Shown here: positions 17,469-25,672 of the stretch, piece after piece | Layout: every line of letters begins with the position of its first letter | Position numbering within the stretch: position 1 is the stretch's first letter | Source: Phycisphaerae bacterium | GTDB lineage: Bacteria; Planctomycetota; Phycisphaerae; Phycisphaerales; UBA5793 | Direction: 5' to 3' | Length of the DNA: 64,000 bases | Assembly: GCA_039794345.1 (NCBI GenBank) | Contig: JBDIVQ010000005.1 | Span: 2,132 to 66,131 of the forward strand | Notes under the pieces: model-generated | Databases searched by the model: none | What the model was told of the DNA's origin: nothing | What the model saw: only the letters and a program-made list of their open reading frames with translations | Made by a program: the position numbers and the translations under genes

Positions 17469-18610
17469 CATCAGAACGCCTCCCGCCCGAGCCGCTGATC
17501 GAACCGGAAGTGGCCGAGCCGATCGAGCGCGAGGATCGCGCTGCCGCCCGACTCCACGAGCAGGCCACGCGCCGTCAGAGCCAAGCCGCGGAGAAGCCGG
17601 TGAGTTTCGGCCGGCAGATGCTCCAACTCGTCCTCATCCCCGCGCTGATCGTCGGCGGGATCTTCGCCGTCTGGCTCATCGTCATCTCCCTTGGCGGGCA
17701 GGCGCAAAGCCTCGAGCACATCCTTAACCGCCTGAGCACCACCGGCGGCGCGCTCCCCGCCGATCAGGAACGCGCCCGCGCCGCCCTGAGCCTGCTCAGC
17801 GCCATCGAAGACGCGACGGGGCAGTACGGCACGCCGCTCACCCCGGAGGACCGCGCCAAACTCGTCGAGCAACTCCCCGCGATCGCGCGCCTGCACCGCG
17901 GCGGACACGAAGAACTCTGCCGGGCCATCATGGGCACGCTCGGCCTGCTCGCCGAGCCGGCGACGGTTCCCGTCTTTGCCGAGTTCCTCGAGTCCTCCAG
18001 CGAGACGGACTGGTTCGCGGCCGTCTCAGGCCTGCACGGCTGGCGCGGCGACATGACCGTGCTGCGCCCGCTCACGGCCGATCTGCTTAACGTCCTGCGC
18101 CGCGCGCCGCGGCCGCCGGCCAATCCGCGCGAGGACAGGCCGATTCACTCACTGGCCTCGATCACGATGTCGGTGCTCGCTGTCGTCGCCGACCCGGCCG
18201 ACGCGGACGTGCGCGACGCCTTGAGTCGGGAGATGCAGGATTCAACCGGCGCCAACCGCGACCTCGCGTGGAACGCCGGCTGCGCGCTGGCGGTGCTGGG
18301 CGACGATCGCGGCCTGCCGGTGGTCCTCTCGCTGCTCGATCGCGCCTGGCTGGCCGAGCAGTGGTACGACCCGCGAAGCCCGGAGCGCGGCCGCCTCGAC
18401 CGCGCCTCGCAGCGCAAGATCATCGCCAGCACGATCAACGTCATCGTCGGCTTCGACCCGAGACTCGAAGGCTTCGCCGTGCGCATCGAGGATGAACGGG
18501 TGTGGGCGATGATCGGGCAGATCGCTGACACCGACCCCGACGCGGAAATCCGAACCCTCGCGAAAGCAGCGCTGACGGCCCGCGAGGCGCAGGGCGGGGC
18601 GGATCGGTGA
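17465..18610 (+). CDS. hypothetical single-pass membrane protein with HEAT/ARM-like helical repeats
   Basis: 381 aa with a TM helix (LVLIPALIVGGIFAVWLIVISL), then repeated helical hairpins. The last ends in DPDAEIRTLAKAAL, typical of HEAT-like repeats. Translationally coupled to comF. Confidence 0.65.
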   Translation: MTSERLPPEPLIEPEVAEPIEREDRAAARLHEQATRRQSQAAEKPVSFGRQMLQLVLIPALIVGGIFAVWLIVISLGGQAQSLEHILNRLSTTGGALPADQERARAALSLLSAIEDATGQYGTPLTPEDRAKLVEQLPAIARLHRGGHEELCRAIMGTLGLLAEPATVPVFAEFLESSSETDWFAAVSGLHGWRGDMTVLRPLTADLLNVLRRAPRPPANPREDRPIHSLASITMSVLAVVADPADADVRDALSREMQDSTGANRDLAWNAGCALAVLGDDRGLPVVLSLLDRAWLAEQWYDPRSPERGRLDRASQRKIIASTINVIVGFDPRLEGFAVRIEDERVWAMIGQIADTDPDAEIRTLAKAALTAREAQGGADR

Positions 18611-19529
18611 TCGCGGCGGACTGACTCACGCGGCTCTCTCCGGGGGAGCGGATCAAGCCGCCGACTGAGTTACAGTCCAGTGTTCTGCTCCGATTCTCGC
18701 GCGACTCCTGCGCCTCTTCGCGGCCGTTGATCTTTCACGCGCGAGACGCCCATGCTCCGTGGCAATGCCTGAGGGAGTCCACGGCCGCAGCACTGGCCTG
18801 CCAGACGATCGCTGCGCTATCTCTCCAAAGCCAGGTCCGCGGCGAGCGAGCCCGTTCCCCGACGGGCGAGAACCGTCTCGATGACACCTGCGCAGGGGCC
18901 TTCGGCCTGCTCGAGGCGGCGCTGCTCGCGGAAGGCGCCCATGACGTCATCGAGGCGCGCGCCGGGCGGCCGGATGGTCCGCGGCGCCGGTGTCGGCTCT
19001 CCGGCCTCGCGAGCGCCGTTTCTGCTGGGCCTCTCATTCGTCTCACGTTCAGTGTCGTCGGTTTGCGCCGGCGTGCAGGGCACCTCGACGGGGCGCGCTG
19101 CGGCGCTCAGATGCGTCTCGTGCGATTGAGTGGACAATGGACCATCTCCCTTTCTCCGGTTCGTCGAGTTCAGCGCGGATTCCCGCGAAGCGATGCCGGC
19201 CCGTCCTCCCCTCACGGCGGACAGGCCTGAACCCGCGGCGCACAACGCGAGACGATCTCGGTCGTCGCCGTCGTGACAACGGGAACCCGGCGCTGAACTC
19301 AGGTTTTCTCCGATCCTCCAGCCGAACATGGCTTCCCCGACGGGGAGCATGGCCGACGCCGCAGCGGGGCGGCAAGTCCGTTTATCGACCGGAGCCGCTG
19401 CGGAGCATCATGCGAAATCCTCATGAAGCGCGGCAATGGGCCTCGCTTGGGGGTTTACCCTCGACACGGCATTCGGCGCAGCGCGAACGCGGTGGATCGC
19501 GTGTGGATGAACTGCGGCTAGGATGGTGC

Positions 19530-20054
19530 ATGAACGCCGACGCTCTCGTCGCCTCGCTGATTCGATTCCCGGCCATTCTGCGAGCGCTGATTGCGCCGCT
19601 CGACGATGCGACGCTGCGGCGGCGCGGCGGCGCGGAGGGGACTTCATGGTCCATCCTGGAGATTCTCTGTCACCTCGCCGACGAAGAGGTTGAGGACTTT
19701 CGTCCGCGACTCGAACTCACCCTGCGCGATCCGGCCGCGGACTGGCCGAAGATCGATCCCGAGGGCGCCGCTCGAACGAGGCGCTACCAGGAGCAGGATC
19801 CGCGCCACGCGCTGGAGCGATTCACCGCAGCCCGCGCGGCGAACGTGGAGTGGCTGACGTCGCTGACCGCGGTGAACTGGTTGCAGGCCGTCGAGCACCC
19901 GCGTCTCGGCTCGCTGCGCGCCGGGGATCTGCTCGCTTCCTGGGCGGCTCACGATCTGCTCCATCTGCGCCAGATCACCAAGCGCCTCTACGAGTCGGCG
20001 GGCGCCGCGGCGGGAGAGTTCGACACGGGCTATGCCGGGGCCTGGACGGCCTGA
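19530..20054 (+). CDS. DinB-family (DinB_2-like) metal-dependent protein
   Basis: C-terminal 174 aa of ORF 18990..20054. SILEILCHLADEE and AAHDLLHLRQI histidine motifs of the four-helix DinB fold. The upstream part of the ORF is Arg/Ser-rich with poor third-position G/C. Confidence 0.75.
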   Translation: MNADALVASLIRFPAILRALIAPLDDATLRRRGGAEGTSWSILEILCHLADEEVEDFRPRLELTLRDPAADWPKIDPEGAARTRRYQEQDPRHALERFTAARAANVEWLTSLTAVNWLQAVEHPRLGSLRAGDLLASWAAHDLLHLRQITKRLYESAGAAAGEFDTGYAGAWTA

Positions 20055-20203
20055 TGCCCCGAGGGGCCGATGCAACCGGATCGGGGAAGCACCCTAAAAG
20101 AGATGCGCCGGTCTGTTTATGGTGAGTTGCACGCTGTTTTTGGTGTCAAAATGGGAGGTTGGAGTGGAGAGGCCCTCCTCGATGTGCTATGAATACGGGT
20201 GTG

Positions 20204-20222
20204 ATTGAGAACCAATCTCAAT
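20204..20222. promoter_or_regulatory. candidate metalloregulator (Fur-like) operator upstream of feoAB
   Basis: Perfect 7-5-7 palindrome attgaga-accaa-tctcaat in an unusually AT-rich patch, about 27 nt upstream of the feoA start and just before its GAAGGAG ribosome-binding site. Confidence 0.4.
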
Positions 20223-20248
20223 TGCCGAATGAAGGAGCAGTCCCTCCC

Positions 20249-20536
20249 ATGATCGTTCCGGTCCCCCCAGCCGCACCCGCCGCCGACCCGGCCGCGCCCC
20301 CGGCCTGCATCAGCCTGACGCAACTCGGGCGCGGTCAGTGCGCCACCTTTTACAAGGCGGACCTGCGCTGCGAGGACTGCGACATGCTCAACGCGATGGG
20401 CATGACGGATCGCTGTCAACTCAAGATCTGCAAGATCGGCGACCCGTGGATTGTGCAGGTGAAGTCCACGCGCATCGGTCTTTCCAAGCGCCTGGCGCAG
20501 CGCATCTTCGTGCTGCCGCCGTCGATCCGTCCGTAG
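20249..20536 (+). CDS. feoA: ferrous iron transport protein A
   Basis: FeoA SH3-like domain (MLNAMGMTDRCQLKICKIGDPWIVQVKSTRIGL). The ATG at 20249 follows GAAGGAG. Directly upstream of feoB. Confidence 0.8.
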   Translation: MIVPVPPAAPAADPAAPPACISLTQLGRGQCATFYKADLRCEDCDMLNAMGMTDRCQLKICKIGDPWIVQVKSTRIGLSKRLAQRIFVLPPSIRP

Positions 20537-20537
20537 C

Positions 20538-22616
20538 ATGACGCGCCTCAGCCCGGACAGCGCGAGGGCCGCCGTCCCAGCCGCGCCTGGCGCGGGCCGG
20601 CGAAGCGCGGCCGAGGCGCCCAGGCGCATCGCACTCTTCGGCAACCCCAACACGGGCAAGACGACGCTCTTCAACCGCCTGTGCGGCCTGCGGGCCAAGA
20701 CGGCCAACTTCCCCGGCATCACCGCCGAGGCGCGCGTCGGGCACTGCGCCGCCGAAGCGCGCGGCGGAGCGTCCTTCGAGATCATCGACCTGCCCGGAGT
20801 CTACCGCCTGGCGCTCGACGTGCCGGAATCGCGCGTCGGGCGCGACCTCATGGAGGGCAGCGCGCTCTACCAGCGGCCCCATGCCGTGCTCATCGTCGTG
20901 GACGCCACCAACCTCGCGCGCAATCTCTTCCTCGTGGGCGAACTGCTGGCGCACGGGCTGCCGACCGTCGTCGCCCTCAACATGACCGACCTCGCCCAGC
21001 GCAAGGGATTGACGATCGACGCCGCGCAACTCGCGCGGCACATCGGCTGCCCCGTCGTCGCGACCGTGGCGCGCAAGGGGACGGGCATTTCCGAGATCAA
21101 GCAGGCGCTCAACCGCGAGATCGATCACTTCGAGGCGGCGGCGGCCGGTGTCGCTCCGTCTGTGGCGCAGAGCATGAAGGCGATCGCTGCTGATCCGGCG
21201 CGCCTCGAAGCGTGGGCCGATCACGCCGTCGCGTCGAGCGTGGGCGGGGATGCGGCCGTCGGCGCCGCCAGCGACACGTTCACGGAGCGCCTCGACAAGG
21301 CCTTTACTCATCCGATTCTCGGGCTGCTCATCTTCGCCGCGGTGATGGCGGGTCTCTTCACGGTCATCTTCCAGATGGCCACGATTCCGATGGACATCAT
21401 CGAGCGCGTCTTCGGGGCGCTGTCGGAGTGGACGGCCGCGGCCCTGCCCGCCGGGGCGATCAACGATCTTCTCGCGCAGGGGATCATCGGCGGCGTGGGC
21501 GCGACGGTGGTCTTCCTCCCCCAGATCTGCCTGCTCTTTTTTCTCATCAGTCTGCTCGAGGACACAGGCTATCTCGCGCGTGCGGCGTTCGTGATGGACC
21601 GGATCATGTGCCGCTTCGGTCTGCCGGGGCAGGCGTTTGTGCCCCTGCTTTCCAGCCACGCCTGCGCCCTGCCCGGCATCATGTCCACGAAACTGATTCC
21701 GGATCGACACGACCGGCTGGCGACGATCCTCGTGGCGCCGTTCATGAGTTGCTCGGCCCGCGTGCCGGTGTACGTTCTCCTGACGAGCATGCTGTTTCGA
21801 GACCGGCCGTGGCTGGCGGGTCTGGCGTTCTTCGGATGCTACCTGCTCGGCGCGGGCGCGGGGCTGGTGAGCGCGCTGATCGCGCGTCGCACGATTCTGC
21901 GCGGCCGCTCGCGGCCGATGGTCCTGGAACTGCCCTCCTACAAGTTGCCGGCGCTGCGCACGGCGTTGTGGGCGACGATTGACCGCGGTGTTGTCTTTCT
22001 GAAGAACGCGGGCACGATCATTCTTGCCATCTGCATCGTGCTCTGGTGGCTGAGCGCCTATCCGGTGGCGGATCCCCCGCCGGAGGCGGTGGCGCTGCGG
22101 CAGGAGGCAGCGCAGGTCGCGCCGCTCGACGAGGCGCGCGCCGGCGAGTTGAGGGCGCAGGCGGAGGCGCTGGAATCGAGCCACGCCACGCGGCAGAGTT
22201 ACGCCGGCCGCCTCGGCCGCCTCGCGCAGCCGGTCTTCGCGCCGCTGGGCTATGACTGGCAACTGACCATCGGAGTGATGACGAGTTTCGCGGCGCGCGA
22301 GGTCTTCGTTTCGACGATGGCCGTGCTCCTCACCGGAGATCCGGAGGCCGACGTGGCCGAAGACCCCGGACTCATCGACCGTATCCGCGCCGCGAGGCGC
22401 GACGACGGAGCGACGCCCGTCTTCACCCCCGCGACGAGCGCCAGCCTGCTCGTTTTCTTCGTGCTCGCGATGCAGTGCCTTCCGACGCTGGCGGTGACGC
22501 GGCGCGAGACGGGCAGTTGGAAGTGGGCGGGGCTGCAACTGGCGTACATGTCGGGCGTGGCGTGGATCGCGGCCCTGCTGACCTTTCAGAGTCTGCGCGC
22601 CCTGGGGGTGTCGTGA
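20538..22616 (+). CDS. feoB: ferrous iron transporter FeoB
   Basis: G-domain P-loop ALFGNPNTGKTTLFN and DLPG, followed by a polytopic membrane domain with gate motifs. Confidence 0.92.
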   Translation: MTRLSPDSARAAVPAAPGAGRRSAAEAPRRIALFGNPNTGKTTLFNRLCGLRAKTANFPGITAEARVGHCAAEARGGASFEIIDLPGVYRLALDVPESRVGRDLMEGSALYQRPHAVLIVVDATNLARNLFLVGELLAHGLPTVVALNMTDLAQRKGLTIDAAQLARHIGCPVVATVARKGTGISEIKQALNREIDHFEAAAAGVAPSVAQSMKAIAADPARLEAWADHAVASSVGGDAAVGAASDTFTERLDKAFTHPILGLLIFAAVMAGLFTVIFQMATIPMDIIERVFGALSEWTAAALPAGAINDLLAQGIIGGVGATVVFLPQICLLFFLISLLEDTGYLARAAFVMDRIMCRFGLPGQAFVPLLSSHACALPGIMSTKLIPDRHDRLATILVAPFMSCSARVPVYVLLTSMLFRDRPWLAGLAFFGCYLLGAGAGLVSALIARRTILRGRSRPMVLELPSYKLPALRTALWATIDRGVVFLKNAGTIILAICIVLWWLSAYPVADPPPEAVALRQEAAQVAPLDEARAGELRAQAEALESSHATRQSYAGRLGRLAQPVFAPLGYDWQLTIGVMTSFAAREVFVSTMAVLLTGDPEADVAEDPGLIDRIRAARRDDGATPVFTPATSASLLVFFVLAMQCLPTLAVTRRETGSWKWAGLQLAYMSGVAWIAALLTFQSLRALGVS

Positions 22617-22804
22617 TGCCCGGTCTGCCGCTGGATGACTGGCAGTTCTACGTCGTGAGTGCGGCGTTCCTCACGGCGGTGTGGCTCATCGCGCGCCCGC
22701 TGCTGCCGCGCCGCAACGCCTCGGGAGGATGTCCGAACTGTGCTTCCTCAGCGCCCAAGCGGCCGCGCAAGACCGGCCTGACCGTCGAGGGCAAGCACCT
22801 CTGA
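22616..22804 (+). CDS. FeoB-associated Cys-rich small membrane protein
   Basis: 62 aa. The start ATG overlaps the feoB stop. One TM helix (FYVVSAAFLTAVWLIA) is followed by GGCPNC. Size, position and Cys motif fit the FeoB-associated family. Confidence 0.6.
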   Translation: MPGLPLDDWQFYVVSAAFLTAVWLIARPLLPRRNASGGCPNCASSAPKRPRKTGLTVEGKHL

Positions 22805-22829
22805 AGCGGGCGGTCCAGTGCTCGTGCCG

Positions 22830-24092
22830 TCAGGTTGATCGACGCTGATCCCGGCGGATGCGATCGACAATGCCGGGCAGATCGCGGCGAATGTGGCCGA
22901 AGAACCGCTTCAGCCCGGTGCAGAGGTAGTTCAGCCCCGCCTCGCCGCTGGGGGTGCGAATGAAGCGATTCTTCGGGCACTCACCCCAGCACAGTTGAAG
23001 GTGAGGGCACCCGCGGCAGTAGGCGGGCAGCGTGTCGCGCTTCGCGTAGCCGAATCGCTGCTGGCACTCGCTGTAGGCCATCTCGCCCCAGTGCGTGGCG
23101 TGGATGCTGCCGAGGCGGAAGGCGTCGTAGACGAAGTGATCGCAGCAATAGACGTCGCCGTTGTGCTCGATGGCGAGCGCCTTGCCGCAGAACTCCGCCG
23201 TGATGCACTTCTGCGCCGGCAGTCCGAGCGATTGGGCGATCGCGGTCTCGAAGAGATCGATGTGGACCGCGCCGTAGTCGCGCTTGAGCCACGCGTCCCA
23301 GATCTCGCAGAGGAAACTGCCCCAGTCGGCCGGATCGACGGACCAGTCGGTGACGATCGAATCGGGTGCGCCCGGCCGGGCGCGCGGCGTGTTCACGATG
23401 GGCAGGTCTTCGGGGCGCCAGTTCGCGGGGGCCGACTCCCGGAAGTCCGCCGGCTCGACGCAGGCGATGAACTGGATGATCGCCGGGCGGACGCTGTCGG
23501 CCAGGAAGCGATACACCTCCCGCGGCCGCTGAACGCTTTCGCGGTTGACGACGCACATCGCGTTGAAGGGCACGCCGCGCGTCCGGAGCCGCTGCACGGC
23601 GGCCATCACCTTCGCATGCGTCGGCTGCCCGCCGCGCGTGATGCGGTGGCGGTCGTGCAGGTGCGCCGGGCCGTCAACGCTCAGGCCGACGAGGAAACGG
23701 CGCTCCTTGAGGAAGTCAACCCACTCGTCGTCGAGGAGTGTGCCGTTCGTCTGGAGATCGTTCTCGATGCGCTGAAAGGGGCGGCGCCAGCGGTCCTGAA
23801 GTTCGACGACTCGGCGAAAGAAGTCCAGTCCGAGGAGCGTCGGCTCGCCTCCCTGCCAGGAGAAGATCACCTCCTCGCCGTTCTGCGCCTCGATGTACTG
23901 GCGGATGTGCTCCTCGAGGGTCTCGTCGCTCATGCGCGGCAGGCGCGGCTGGTGGAGGAGATCGGCCTTGTGGAGGTAGTAGCAGTACGTGCAGTCGAGA
24001 TTGCACGCCGCACCGACGGGCTTGACCATCGCATGAAAGCAGTGGGTCGAGCCGCGGTCCTGGGGAAGGCTGAAGGCGGGCCGCTGCGACAT
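22830..24092 (-). CDS. anaerobic sulfatase-maturating enzyme-like radical SAM/SPASM protein
   Basis: CNLDCTYCYY radical-SAM cluster motif. C-terminal SPASM cysteines (CCDHF...CQQ...CRGCPHLQLCWGECPK). Confidence 0.85.
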   Translation of the reverse strand: MSQRPAFSLPQDRGSTHCFHAMVKPVGAACNLDCTYCYYLHKADLLHQPRLPRMSDETLEEHIRQYIEAQNGEEVIFSWQGGEPTLLGLDFFRRVVELQDRWRRPFQRIENDLQTNGTLLDDEWVDFLKERRFLVGLSVDGPAHLHDRHRITRGGQPTHAKVMAAVQRLRTRGVPFNAMCVVNRESVQRPREVYRFLADSVRPAIIQFIACVEPADFRESAPANWRPEDLPIVNTPRARPGAPDSIVTDWSVDPADWGSFLCEIWDAWLKRDYGAVHIDLFETAIAQSLGLPAQKCITAEFCGKALAIEHNGDVYCCDHFVYDAFRLGSIHATHWGEMAYSECQQRFGYAKRDTLPAYCRGCPHLQLCWGECPKNRFIRTPSGEAGLNYLCTGLKRFFGHIRRDLPGIVDRIRRDQRRST

Positions 24093-24493
24093 GACTCAAG
24101 CCTCCGGTCGAGTTCCCCCGGACGTCCACGGGGATCGTAGGCCGCCGCAGCGCCCCGTCGGGAGGCGACCGATGCGCTCGCCCTGTTGCGGCGGCGCAGC
24201 GCTGGAGTCCGCGAGGTTATCCGAACGGGCAGTTTCTGCATGAAGTGTGCTTCCCGGGGTGCCGATACAAAATGGCGGTCCCGCCGCCCGCCGCTCCTCT
24301 CCATCCCGCCTGGCTCGTCGCCCAGGGCAGGCGCGGCGCCGGGGGACTGGGAGCGGCCCTGCCTTTCGACCACTTCGCTGAACCCGCGCGAGCCTTGCCA
24401 GATCGACCATGATCGTCGAGATTGGGAGCCGGCCGTGGAGATGCATGGACACATCACAATCCTGTGGCGCCTCACGGCCGTGGAGCGCCGCCC

Positions 24494-25672
24494 ATGAGGG
24501 TCCGGAGAGTGAACATTCTCCTGGTTGAAGACGATCCGGCGTACGAAGGCCTCTTTCGCTGCATGCTCAGCAAGGCCGGGGTGGATTTCCGCCTCTGGCA
24601 CGCAACCTCCGCCGCCGCCGCTGTGGAAGCGCTCGACGGGCGGGCGTGCGACGTCGTCATCCTCGATCTCACCCTTCCGGACAGTTCCGGCCTGGACACG
24701 GTGCGGACGGTGGCCCGGGCCGCACGCGACATCCCCATCGTCGTGCTCACCGGCGCGGAAGATGAGCGGCTGGCCCTTGAGGCCATGCGCTGCGGCGCGC
24801 AGGACTACCTGAACAAGCGCGAAGTCAACGGCACGCTGCTGGCGCGCTGCATCCGCTACGCCGTCGAGCGCCGCAAGGCGCAACTCGCCACGCGCGAGCG
24901 GCGTCACCTGCAGGAAGTCGTGCACGCCATGGAACGGGTGCTCGCGGTCGTCGGCCACGAGTTGCGCACGCCGCTCGCCGCGCTCCGCGTCACCACCGAG
25001 TTCCTCCTGACGCCTGAAGCGAAGGAAACGGCGGAATGGGACATTTTTCTCAAGTCGATCCACAGCGAAGTGACGCGCATGGCCGAACTCGTCAACAACC
25101 TCCTCGAAGCGGCCCGGCTCAACAGCGGGCGCTCCTCCTGGCACTGGTCCACCGTTCACCTCAACAACGTCTGCGACGAGGCGTTCAACGTCATCCGCCC
25201 GCTCATCGCCCACGCGCAGGTTGGCCTGCGACTCGAGATGGACGATGCGCCGCTGCTGATGCGAGGCGATGCGGACGCCATCCGCCGGCTGATTCTCAAT
25301 CTCGTGACCAACTCCGCCAAGTTCACCCACGAAGGCTACATCTGTCTGCGCGCCCGGGCGCTCGTCGAGGAGGGTCTGAACTGGATCGAGATTGAAGTGG
25401 AGGACACCGGCCACGGCATCTCCGACTCGATGCTCGGCAAACTCGGCAACGCGTTCGTGCTCAGTTCCGGCGCCCTCGGCTCGGACTATGTCAAGGGCAC
25501 GGGGCTTGGCCTGACGATCTGCAAGGCGATCGTGGCGGCCCACGGCGGGCACCTGAGCGTCGCCTCCCAGCCCGGAGTCGGTTCGGTGTTCACGGCGCGG
25601 CTGCGGGCCGATCTGGAAGCGCCGGCGCCGCTGGCGGAGGACTCGCTGATCAGACTGGAGAGAGCGGCATGA
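24494..25672 (+). CDS. hybrid sensor histidine kinase with N-terminal receiver domain
   Basis: REC (ILLVEDD...VVILDLTLPDSSG). HisKA H-box HELRTPLAAL. HATPase N/G boxes (NLVTNSAKFT, DTGHGI, GTGLGLTICK). No TM segment. The ATG at 24494 follows GGAG. Confidence 0.88.
   Translation: MRVRRVNILLVEDDPAYEGLFRCMLSKAGVDFRLWHATSAAAAVEALDGRACDVVILDLTLPDSSGLDTVRTVARAARDIPIVVLTGAEDERLALEAMRCGAQDYLNKREVNGTLLARCIRYAVERRKAQLATRERRHLQEVVHAMERVLAVVGHELRTPLAALRVTTEFLLTPEAKETAEWDIFLKSIHSEVTRMAELVNNLLEAARLNSGRSSWHWSTVHLNNVCDEAFNVIRPLIAHAQVGLRLEMDDAPLLMRGDADAIRRLILNLVTNSAKFTHEGYICLRARALVEEGLNWIEIEVEDTGHGISDSMLGKLGNAFVLSSGALGSDYVKGTGLGLTICKAIVAAHGGHLSVASQPGVGSVFTARLRADLEAPAPLAEDSLIRLERAA

Noticed and set aside
18765-18790. 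GAGGGAGTCCACGGC resembling the RNase P RNA P4 region GAGGAAAGUCCGGGC
   Set aside because: Only a partial match, and I could not find the other universally conserved RNase P blocks in the surrounding 400 nt.
20421-22538. 705-aa minus-strand ORF
   Set aside because: Antisense shadow of feoB. It is Arg/His/Glu-rich, of low complexity, and has no domain signature.
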